A DNA stretch of 64,000 bases, taken from the NCBI RefSeq assembly GCF_018977255.1, contig NW_024704748.1, positions 15,252,001-15,316,000 on the forward strand, read 5' to 3'. The notes beneath the pieces are model-generated. The model had not been told where the DNA came from. It ran no database searches and was given only the letters and a program-made list of their open reading frames with translations. Every line of letters starts with the position of its first letter. Positions within the stretch are counted from its first letter, which is position 1. The stretch comes from Callorhinchus milii (lineage: Eukaryota). Shown in pieces: positions 53,433 through 64,000 of this stretch. A program made the translations under genes and the position numbers.

Positions 53433-53741
53433 AGTCCTGTAGCTTAGTGGTTAGAACACTCGCTTTGCAAGTGAGAGACCTGAGTTCAATTCCAGGCAGG
53501 GCAAAACCTTGGGCAAGTTTCCTTACGCCTAATAATAATCCCTCCAAAAAAAAAAATACTAAAAAAATTTGTCATTTTCAATCCATGACTGTGGGACATT
53601 GCTGTGCGCAATTGGCTGCCGCGTTCGCCCACAAATATACAGTCAATTCACTTTACAGTATATTCTGTGAAGCGCTTTGGGACGTCTAGAAGACGTGAAA
53701 AGCACTATATCAAATGCAAGGATTATTATTACTATTATTAT
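53433..53741 (+). mobile_element. Full-length tRNA-Ala-derived DeuSINE in PLA2G12B intron 2
   Basis: A box tagcttagtgg, TGC loop, B box gagttcaattcc, core, (TTA)n tail. Confidence 0.88.
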
Positions 53742-54708
53742 TCTCATTTGAGAAAGCCATTCTTATGATTTTGCCACTCACTCTGATTTGCTTGTTGTGA
53801 CCATTATATAATACAATACAAATTTACATAGCACTTTTCACAATTGGAGGATTATCAATTGCTAAGGCCGGCTGTGATATGTTCTGTATGACTGTATCCA
53901 ACAGCTTTTACTAGATAATTTGGTGCTCTGGGCAGCTCACTTTGAATTTATCAACACATCAGTTTTAACTCAGAAAATCAGAAGGTAATGCCCCCTGCCC
54001 CTCATTAACTCAGTGCAACCTTTACTACTTAGATGAGCTCACATCAGAAAAATGTCGTACTGAGCTGAGATCAAGTAATGTCATTTACAAATCAATTATC
54101 TCTTAAATTGCCCAGCTGAAAATATACCCATTCTCCTCAGAATTGAGATAAATTAACCTCAGTTTACATTGTTGAGTAACTCAACAGATCTGTAAAATCC
54201 ACTTATCTAGTAAGGGTGTATCTATAATATCTTTACTGGAATGACGCATACAATACTTCTATAACAACCCTTCATTAAGATTAGTACATACAATACTTGC
54301 ACTGGTATACTTAATACCCACCCTCGCATTGATACATATAACAGTTCCACCAGGAATTAATACCTACAATAAAGTAACTACACTGGACTTAAGTAAAGAG
54401 AATAGTAAATGCAATTCTATTGTGGCCTGGTATATAATACACAAACTGAGTCTCAGGGAAACAATATTATATCATCTCTGGGGCTGGTACTAGACAAGAA
54501 TCCACATTGGGATTCGTACATGCAATAGTTCCTACACTGCTCATATACAAATATTTACATTGGAAATTACATATCCAATAGTATCACGAGAATTATATAC
54601 ACAATACGCATTCTTGGAGAGAATTCTTGATTATTGTTAACCTTCTAAAGTTTAGGTTTTACTAAAAGTAGGTAATAAAGAGATTGCAGCTCTGCTTCTT
54701 GTACATAC

Positions 54709-54797
54709 AGCATTTGGTACCTCGATTCCAAGGAAGGAGGAGGAACACCCATTTGGCTCACTAGGTTTGTACTCTGGTCTGGGTAAAGGTGCCTTTC
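54709..54797 (-). CDS. PLA2G12B: PLA2G12B exon 2 ([30 protein letters not shown])
   Basis: ctag/gtatgt boundaries, 89 nt; PNGCS motif. Confidence 0.95.
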
Positions 54798-55821
54798 CTA
54801 GACAGAAAGACAAGAACAGTATTGTATTGGTTATACAATGCAACTCATTAGAGATCAAACATTTCACAGTAATATTTTGGTCCAGTCATATGAGATCAGT
54901 TTCTATCCCTTCTCTTTCCACAGTGGATATATAGTATGTATTTGACGCCTCTTGTGTAACTAATATTGCAGTAGCTTATTCCACTGCTATCTGACTCCCA
55001 ATGTGTGCTATAATTACCATACAGCATACTAATTAAAAAAGCTAAGACTTAAATACTTCATAATGGCAGAAAATCATTCTTACAGGATTACTACAGGATA
55101 ATCACTAAAATGATTCTATTTTATAGTGGATGACAAGGCAGCTGTACTCATACACTGTCAACTCATAAGTTATGCCAGGTGATAAACTTAGCCTAGCCAT
55201 ATAAAGGGTGAACACAACCGAAGGCTGAGTGTTTCCCCATGGGAGGGAGAGTTAAGTGCATGGCAAGTTATCCTTGTACATTCCCAAACACCTCCTAACC
55301 TGCTGGTTAAAGGCCAAAGAGACATTATGTTGCAGATTGTTTGTCCCTCTCAATTACTCAGATTGGGATATGGCCTGAGTGTTTCTTACTGCACTTAAAA
55401 GAATATTTTGCTAGCATTTCTGTGTATGATTTTTCTGAATTTGTTTGGCTCACCTTTATGCTAACTGCTTCAAAAACTGTTAAACATTAACACAGCCCAA
55501 AATGTTGAGAAACAGCAAATTCAAAATAGCAAGCAAATCTCAGAATATCATTCAGAAAAGTGGATATCTTTATATCTCTACATTTTTCTGTTTATTTAAA
55601 ATTACAGCTCATTTTATTCTGTTCTTTTCTCTCCCCTTTACGTTTTTCTTTCAGTTTTAGTCGGAATGGTTTCTTTTTGGACTTCCACATTTGATCTCTC
55701 TTTTTCTTTGAATATCTTTCATTCTTCTCACTCCTCTCTCTTACTTTCTCACTCTCTAGCTTTTTTTCTTCATTCTCAGAAGTGCGCGAAGCGTATAGCT
55801 TACGTGCTTTTGGCCACTTAC

Positions 55822-56050
55822 CATATCGACACTTGTACTGACAAACTCCATTCTTGCCACCAAGGAGCTCCAGGAATGAATCAAAATATCCATTGACAGT
55901 CTCAAAGCTGTCTCGGATTGATCCGAGCCCCCAATCTGAGGTGGTGGAGGAGGTGTCATCTGTTGCAGTGGTGGCGTTGACTTCTTCAGAGTGTACCCCA
56001 GGAAGGGTCAGGCACAGCACAAACAGGAGTCCTATCTGCATCCTTACCAT
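55822..56050 (-). CDS. PLA2G12B: Group XIIB secretory phospholipase A2-like protein, exon 1 (signal peptide...[38 protein letters not shown])
   Basis: ATG, hydrophobic leader, conserved [18 protein letters not shown]; donor G|gtaagt; 229 nt. Confidence 0.96.
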
Positions 56051-56155
56051 CGCATTAAACTAGGGTTGGATTAAAGTGAATCGTATACCAAAGCCAGAAC
56101 AAGCTGTGTATGTTACTGAGCACAGCAGCAGACTCCCTTGAGTTACTCTCAAAGC

Positions 56156-56220
56156 TGGACTTTCAGCCCTCACCTCTTTATCTGAGATGAGCTCACTGCT
56201 ATTACATAGTCTAAAGGTCA
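56156..56220 (-). promoter_or_regulatory. PLA2G12B proximal promoter with HNF4/DR1-like sites
   Basis: AGTCTA-A-AGGTCA DR1-like element at 56208-56220 and TGGACTTTC (GAAAGTCCA on the minus strand) at 56156-56164, 100-170 nt upstream of the ATG. Confidence 0.5.
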
Positions 56221-57364
56221 GATTAAGTGGAGGTTTGTTTGGAATTCGATCTTTAAAACAGTTTTAATTAGCTTACTTGTAGTTATCTATGTACTTTAAA
56301 CACCTAAATGGCATGCTATTACCTTATCTTAACAGGAGTCCACGTTTCTAAATATTAATAACTTAATGAGGGTTCAGTATTTGAACAAAGGACAAAGGTG
56401 CTTTAAAAATTCTAAATCATTAATGTATACATAGAATACATGCATGACTGACCAATCTAACCTTTAAATACTATGAGTGTCAGAGGAGAACTTGGAAGTA
56501 AGAAGTAAAGCTCCTACTTTGTAGGAGATAATGTATTGGGTAACTTGTCGCTCCCGGCTGAAATCTACCAGGTTAGGCCCTCTCAAACTGAGCAGGAGAT
56601 AGCTTCATCGAGTAACATGGAATTCTATCCTGGGACCAGCTTGAATGCTGATATGGAGGGGTCAATTGTTTATACATTGCAAACACTGAATAGATATGTT
56701 AATCTACCTAGATTAACCCCATGTAGAATTGCAGATCCAGTCCATTCCAGAATTTGGCAATTTCTAAACAGTCGTAATTTTGAAGCTATTTTCTGTAAGT
56801 TCTTTTAAGAATCAGAGAAAAACAGCTTCAAAGTTATGACGGAAATCAACGATTTGCTAAATTATGGCTGCTCTGAAATTTTATAGATGGTGTAAATCTA
56901 GTCCCAGGTGGAATTTCTGCCCAGTGGTCAACTGGTTCTGACTTTAGCTGCTTGCATATCAGCACTCAGGTTAGTGATAATATTGAGTGCTCATTGTATG
57001 CAATACATTGCTTGATGTTGAAACCTGGCTTGTGTGGCACTTTAATATAGCTAAAACACCCGAAATTGCTTTGCCCTTCCCTTGACACTTTGTACAGATT
57101 GATTTTGCAATGAACTCGCTTGCTTCAAACGGTGATTAAGAGTCACAGGTTTTGAGTGAGAAGGTGCACAAAGTACACCGTGATACAGCCCTACTGGTAC
57201 CACAGCAAGAACACAATAAAGAATAAGAACTGTTCAAATAAACTTTGAAAGGCAAGTATTTAAAGTAATTTAAACTATCATAAATTCAGCACTATTTAAC
57301 TCATTGACCAAAGACCCATTTATTACTCCCAAAACATCCTTGAAGCTTTACTTTAACAGATGAG

Positions 57365-57484
57365 TTTTCGTTTCACCCACAAAATTTATATTCAATTCAC
57401 TTTACAGTATATACTGTGAAGTGCTTTGAGACGTATCGAAGACAGGATAAAGCGCTATTTCAAATTGGAAGGATTATTATTATA
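57365..57484 (+). mobile_element. DeuSINE 3' fragment
   Basis: cccacaaaa..caattcactttacagtat..gtgaagtgctttgagacg..ggattattatta. Confidence 0.75.
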
Positions 57485-59789
57485 ATCTTGTATTTTTCCT
57501 TTTTGAATCAACTTTGCCAACTATGTGTCAGTTACCGGTTGCTGGAGTAATACTGTTGAGATTATGAATTCTGTCAAGAATAAAAATGTTAAATCCAACT
57601 CTGCTAACTGCGTTTAAAATCACAAATAACAACAACAAAATTAATTATTATGAGGGCTTGGCTCCCATTTTAAACAATTTATTTGTCCTATATTTCTTCT
57701 GAACAGTATTGCAGTCAGTACTTCAGGAAGAACAATAAACACTTATTTACTAAAATAAGCCTCTCATAAGTTGCATCAGTTGGGTCCATACATTTTATGT
57801 GACTTATGCAAAGTATGAGTTATGTCAAATTGCATAGAATATAAACTATTAAGCGGGACTTGGGACAGATGTAGGACTTAGGCAATTATACAATTTAAAC
57901 AGATCAGACTTATGTGAGTTTTCCTGTAGTAAAATTTACATAGCATTGCAGTGTTGCTTGCCATTCCAAATATAAATGGGCAAAGTGTCTTTCAAATTGT
58001 TGAAAGTGGCATGTTCTGGAGCTTCTATAATATTCATTCTGACAGTGTAAACAGTACATTTATTCGGTTTAGTGTGGTTTTTTTTAGTAGATTCTGATCA
58101 GTAAACTCTGATATTAAGTGCTCCGAGACGCTACCCTGTGTGACGAGCACTCTATAAAGGTAAGTTGTTATTTGGCCATAGTTGCCTGAGGGTTGTTTAC
58201 AGTTCAAAATAGGAGCTGCAAGCAAGTCAATAAGTATTCCAGTTGCTCAGAAACTTTGTCATGTGCTTCCTGACCAAGAGCATACGATGGATCACATGAG
58301 AGACAAAAGGTCTGATTGGTTGGGTATTGTGGTAAAATCAATGTTAAATCTTTCTGCATCACTAAAACAAATAAGTGTGTCAGCTGATGTTTTGTGAGCT
58401 GTTAGAACTTGACAAATTACGACACGCATCCTCTCCATTACATAACAACAACTTGCATTTATATAGCGCCCTTTACGAGGACCAGCATCTCGGAGTATCT
58501 CATGTACAAGCTATATTTAACGTGCTCACACAGAATATTATGTGAGCCATCCTAATTATATGTAGAATATGGGGTTTATTCCTTACAAGTGACATACATA
58601 ATCTATGAGTGATGCTTTAGGGTATTTCTGATCAAAATGTCACAAAGGCAATCAGCTCCAAGAAAGACTACAATCTAGAATTTGAAATATGAGAATTTCA
58701 AAGGATTAATGGGTTAACCAAAAATATAGTCAAGAAGCATTGATGAAGGGGTAACTAGCAGAAGAAAAATAAAACCCTTTTAAAATGTTATTGAATATGC
58801 AAGATAAAATATTCATGCTCTAAACCTCCACTCATATTGGAAGCTCTGTCATTCTAATTTGCAATACTTGGAAACTGGATTAGTTGTAGGCAACTTTGAT
58901 TTTCAGAACATTGTAGATAGTAAATCACTGATCCCAAATTGGCAAAGTCAGGAAATGAAAGCTGGCAAATAAACGGCTGATTGGAAACGACTCACAAGTC
59001 ACAAATTGTGCAAGTTGAAAGTTGCAAATGAATACAACAAATCTGACTTGGGTCGATCACAAATTAAAGCTCTATCTACATCTTCAATAGTTTTGAAGCA
59101 TTCTTGTACAGGTCAAACACAAAATACCTGAACCAGACCTTGGTACATACTGTGCAAAGTGAATGTATTATCTCCTGATAAGGCCAAAGCAGTTTGAATA
59201 GATGAAATATCCAGTCAGCACTTTCCATCAAAAAAACAATGTCATTTGTACTCTGCTACCTTTTTGGCAAGGAATTGAGCTTCATTGCAATTATAGCCAA
59301 TGTCAAGAGCTTTATTATTATAACATTAACCTTTAAGATAAAATAAGCTCTTTTAATAAAAATTAACCAAGTCTTACCTTTTTTATGCAATGTAGATACA
59401 ATATTATAATAATCCTTGCATTTGATATGCAATTGCAAAATGACTTGAATTATTTTTTATTAAAATATTCTGTCCATTCTACATTTTTGAGATGTTTAAA
59501 ATACTTTCCACCTAGGCTTCCTGTGTCTCACCCTGTGTGGGCTTAGTTTCTGACTCTTGATACCATGTGTTCCTTTGCTGCAGGTATTTGACTGATGTGT
59601 CACACTTTTAGATTTGATACTGAGCAGTTGACAGCACCAATTTGTTTTAAAATACAAAATTCAAGAGCTTTGAATTGCAAACAAAGGCAGATTGGGGCAA
59701 AGGGCACTATATAAATGCAAGTTATTGTTGTAGTAGCAGTACATGTTAAATACGTAAAGTTGCAAGTGTGATTTAAAATGAAGAATTTC

Positions 59790-61983
59790 ACTGTCACTAC
59801 AGTGTCTTTATTGAAAGTCTTGTTCACATGAAAAAAATTACATTGGAACAGAGAAATACATCAGGGAAAACAATGACATTTCAATGTGTAGGAGCAGCAC
59901 TCAGTAAGATTGTCTGGGTGGGGTGGGGGGGATACATAGCATTTGCATACATCTTACAGACGCCACTGATTCTGCAAATGTTTTTGAAAAAAACAAAATC
60001 TTTAGCTGGTGTTTGTGAGGGGGATACAACTTAGACTTGAAAAATGACAAAAATGAATAATTCATTATTGCATTGAATCTCTAATCTAGATATGAAGTAC
60101 CCATGATAAAAGTAAACTTGGAGAGGTCACAAACACATGATTACAATTTTTTTAAAAATGGTAAAGCCTGGGTTCTTGTAAGAAGGCATTTTCCACTTCT
60201 GAAGCCTGTCTGTATAGCTGTGAGCTGCTGGCTGGATGAATAAAGACTTTTCTATCTCACATTCTGTTGATCTGGTAGATTTGGCACTGGCTGCCTTAAA
60301 TTTACTGCTTTGGCTTTTGTTTTCATTCCTGAGACAGTCTTTGCATGAAGTCTTTTGTGGAAAACGTGCACATGATCAAATACAAAATGAGGCTCTTAAT
60401 AAAAATATTTTAAGAAAACAGAGATGGGGAGAGGAAGGAGTGTTTTTTTTAAGAAAAGGTACAGATGTATAAATACACAAATTCTCCCTCTTCATGGCAC
60501 AGAAAGGAGTTTTTTTTAAATATTCTGCTCGGCACTCGTTTGTTGCACTAGGTTGATAAGTGTATTTATTGTCATCAACTCTTCAAGGACGTTTCACAGT
60601 GCAGAGGTTTTCATTTGCAACCATTCGATTTTACAATTTTAGTTTTGAACGTTTACCCAGTGATTATCTATCTCCTGATCAACCAGGTAAACTGGATTTG
60701 TAGATATAGAAAAATCTGTGTACGTTTCAAATTATGAACCTATTTATTGAACAGCAATAAATAGCTTCTATGCTATTGGATTGCACAGGTGCTTAAGCAA
60801 AGTGCAAGAGTAGTTTACTGCTAAGAAAACTAACCAAAGTCCATTAAAAATGAAAATCTAATGGTGCTGATGGGAATATGATTGTGTAATCTTACACTAT
60901 CATTATTACACAAATACATTTCATATTGGGTAAGATTCCTGTGTATTTGTTGACATACTGCTCAATAACTTGTCAGTGACATGATCCAATTTACGTGCTC
61001 CAATTGTAATTACATTACATGGTATATAAGCGAAAGTAGTAGTTGGCAACATGTGACACAGAATCACAAATATTAAGGTGAAATAATTGGAAGAAATTGA
61101 TATTTCCTCACAAAATTTCACCATTTAGCACTTTACTACTGACATACACCTCATACATGTGGTAGTAGAAACAGTTATGCTACTTAAATAAGCCATTTTA
61201 GATGTAAACATGGCACTCTGAATGACTAACTTTAATCTAAAAAGAATCATTGTGTTAGTCAGCAAAGATTTTTTTTCAAAAGCAATAAGTTTCAGATATT
61301 TCCATACAAGCAGTGTAGGCTTTGGATACCCAAATCATGGCTTTCTTAGTGAAAGAAAATACTTGTGTGACTGATAGAGCCAAATCGACGGACACCTCTA
61401 TATCCACAGTAATCTAATTTCTGCAAGAATTCAACGTTCACATGCTTGACTAAAGTTGAGGGATGCCTTGAAACAAAAGTGTTAATCTTTAGCAATGCAC
61501 TTCAAAAGAACATGCAAAATTCAATAAAGCAGTCTTAAAAATGGTATCAGGGTTGAAAATACGTACACCGCTATAGGTGATCAAATAAAACCTCTATTAT
61601 ATCAGCTTGTATAAAGCAGATGATTGGAATAGATGGAAAATGTTGATTTAGTGAAAGACTGATGATAAGGAGAAACATTTCTAGTCATCTAAACTAACTA
61701 GACTAAGCCCAGTCTTCTTTCCACAAAAATTGTTGAGGGAAAGGGTTGAAACCAAAAGTGTGCAGGTCTAGCCCTGTCCGATGTACTCTAAGGTGAGCAA
61801 TGTTAGTGAGTGATGATAACAGAGTGTAAACAGTCACTGAGCTGCAGTGTAAGTGGTGTGGGGAAAAGACAAGGTGTTCACATAGACACACAGACAGACA
61901 CACACACACTCACACATGCTCACACTCACACGCTCACACATACAAAACACATATGTGAATAAACACATTCACAGTGAAGAACA
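59790..61983 (-). other. P4HA1: Probable P4HA1 3' UTR
   Basis: AU-rich, largely free of interspersed repeats; minus-strand AATAAA at 59807-59812 (others near 60565 and 60743). Confidence 0.45.
61881..61952. repeat. Imperfect (CA)n microsatellite; another (CA)n at about 29955-29974
   Basis: Read directly. Confidence 0.8.
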
Positions 61984-62054
61984 TCAATCCATCTCTGACA
62001 AACCGCATCTCCTTCGGAATTCCTGACCACGCTCATGGATCCATTTATTAGACA
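61984..62054 (-). CDS. P4HA1: P4HA1 terminal coding exon (VSNKWIHERGQEFRRRCGLSEMD*)
   Basis: Acceptor catag, conserved NKWIHERGQEFRR, TGA stop. Confidence 0.94.
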
Positions 62055-62382
62055 CTATGAAATAAGAAATGGAGCCGTTAGTATATTATATCATGCATAT
62101 CATATCAATCTACAACAACAAAATACTTCATAAATAAGAGAGGAATAATGAATGGAAGATCCATTGGAAAAGTCACCCCACATCACTCTCATACCAAATT
62201 ACAGCTGACAACACGAGTAGGTCATCTGCTTCCAATACTCAGGGTTGTCGAAACCAGTCACTGAGATCCACACGTGGAACGTTCCTTCTCTTCGTACAGA
62301 AGGAAAAGGAAGCATGGCTGAGGAAATAATTGAATCCAAACCTTCACCTCCTTGAAGAGTTAAAAAAAGTCTCTGTACTCAC

Positions 62383-62479
62383 CCCATTTATTTCCAACTA
62401 ATACTGGACAAGCTGCATGTCGTGTGCTGTAATCACCTTCTCCACTGGCAAACAGATTGTACCAAAACACTGCAGTGCC
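62383..62479 (-). CDS. P4HA1: P4HA1 penultimate exon (GTAVFWYNLFASGEGDYSTRHAACPVLVGNKW)
   Basis: Contains the Fe-binding His (HAAC) and 2-oxoglutarate-binding Lys (GNKW); cag/gtgagt, 97 nt. Confidence 0.95.
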
Positions 62480-62799
62480 CTGCAATATAAGCAAACAGCA
62501 CAATGAGTTCACATTCTAAACAGAGTTTACAATTAATACCCCAATGCATCGATACCCAGAATTTCTCTGCCAGCATCTTGGAAGAGCCAACTGAGCTAGC
62601 AGTAATTCTGCAACCATGTGCAGGGAATGAAAAAGTATTGACCAGTGATCATGCCACATTATAGAACTGGTTAGATATTTTATGGATCCCAACTTCCTCA
62701 TTACAATGGGGCTCTACTGTACCATGGTAAAGATCCTACTATGTTCTTTTAATATTATATATACAAAGTCACATATACAGTCAGCCTGATTCAATGATA

Positions 62800-63115
62800 A
62801 TAATAATAATCCTTGCATTTGATATAGTGCTTTTCACATCGGGAGGACGTCCCAAAGCGCTTCACAGAATACACTATAAAGTGAATTGACTGTATATTTG
62901 TGGGCAAACGCGACAGCCAATTGCGCACAGCAATGTCCCACAAACAGTCGTAGATTGAAAATGACCAATTTTATTATTGTTTTTTGGTTTTGGAGGGATT
63001 ATTATTAGATGTGTGGAGTAAGGAAACTTGCCCAAGGTTTCGCTCTGCCTGGAATTGAACTCAGGTCTCTCACTTGCAAAGCGAGTGCTCTAACCACTGA
63101 GCTACAGGACTCCAC
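62800..63115 (-). mobile_element. Full-length, young-looking tRNA-Ala DeuSINE in a P4HA1 intron
   Basis: Intact head, core and tail; flanked by the direct repeat AATGATA (62793-62799 and 63116-63122). Confidence 0.9.
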
Positions 63116-63331
63116 AATGATAGTGCTCTCGCCAACGTTTAATGCTTATCCTTCACCTCAAAAGATTCTGCTCTTCATTATAGAATCATACAGCAGGGAA
63201 TGAGGCCATTCGGCCCATCGTGCCCATGCCAGTTCTTTGAAAGAGCTATCCAAATTAATCCCACTCCCCCCCATAGCCTTACAAATTTGTCCTCTCCAAT
63301 AAGCAACTTATTAGTTTCCATCAAATATCAT

Positions 63332-63692
63332 TACCTTCTTTAAGTCCTGCCTTAAAATCTACCTCTTCGATCGAGCCTAGAGTCACCACCCTCTTCCCTT
63401 CTCCCCTTCTTCGCGTCCTTCAGTATATTGTATATTAAGTTAATCCTAATTAACAGATCCCTCAAAAGCACATTTGTCCTGAACCTGAAGGAAGTATATT
63501 GAAATATTGCAGGTCTATAATACATGGACCTTTTTTTAAGTTATAAATGCATTTATATAGAGACCCTCTCATAGGATAATATCTTGCAGCACTGTAGATT
63601 GGTTTGGATGCGAAGAAGGGGAGAAGGAAAGAGGGTGGTAACTCTAGGCTCGATCGAAGAGGTAGATTTTAAGACAGGACTTAAAGAAGGTA
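63332..63692. repeat. 87-bp inverted repeat with a 187-bp spacer
   Basis: Arms 63332-63418 and 63606-63692 differ at 4 positions by manual alignment. Confidence 0.92.
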
Positions 63693-63803
63693 TATTTAAA
63701 TATTTAAATATACTTAAATTTTCTCAGATTATTTGATGGCAAGAAAGATTAAAATTGCTACAATGGTCAGTGACTTTCTGAGTGAAAGAAATGCTGACAG
63801 TAC

Positions 63804-63872
63804 CTTCTGTGGCCACACTGCTGCTCCTACTTCAGGGAAAACGGTAGCTCCTCCTGCTGCCACATCACTCAT
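63804..63872 (-). CDS. P4HA1: Prolyl 4-hydroxylase alpha subunit, third-last coding exon (MSDVAAGGATVFPEVGAAVWPQK)
   Basis: Translated by hand; tag/gtactg boundaries, 69 nt; GGATVFP motif; P4HA1 assigned by synteny. Confidence 0.92.
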
Positions 63873-64000
63873 CTACCAAATAAAAGTAAAGAAATTAGGG
63901 TAAAAATACAAGGAATGGCTACAGAATAGGAAAAAACACTCCTCGACCTTGTCAACTGCCAATTCATTGGAACTTATCCAACAATTTGTGAATGTTACGT

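Noticed and set aside
53433-53505. tRNA-Ala(TGC)-like sequences (also about 3940-4013, 63040-63112, 37250-37315)
   Set aside because: They are SINE heads: the acceptor stems are imperfect and each runs directly into a repeat core and LINE-like tail.
55592-55821. Lys/Glu-rich C-terminal half of the 152-aa ORF
   Set aside because: Read-through past the PLA2G12B exon 1 donor into low-complexity intron sequence.

Overview
This is AT-rich vertebrate genomic DNA. The repeat types (tRNA-derived DeuSINEs, L2, CR1) suggest a cartilaginous fish, possibly a chimaera such as elephant shark; the species is an inference. It carries the conserved synteny block MCU(+) - OIT3(+) - PLA2G12B(-) - P4HA1(-). I reconstructed the exons by hand from GT-AG boundaries and reading-frame continuity: MCU coding exons 2-8 (exon 1 lies upstream, outside the window), complete OIT3 (9 exons, 547 aa), complete PLA2G12B (4 exons, 200 aa, ending RDEL), and the last three coding exons of P4HA1. 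Introns and intergenic DNA hold many tRNA-Ala-derived SINEs that share a 3' tail with L2 LINE fragments, plus several hairpin or inverted-repeat elements. I found no clearly new biological system. The best leads are a candidate alternative first coding exon of MCU with a mitochondrial-presequence-like peptide, an 87-bp near-perfect inverted repeat in a P4HA1 intron, and SINE subfamily and tail-swapping structure.
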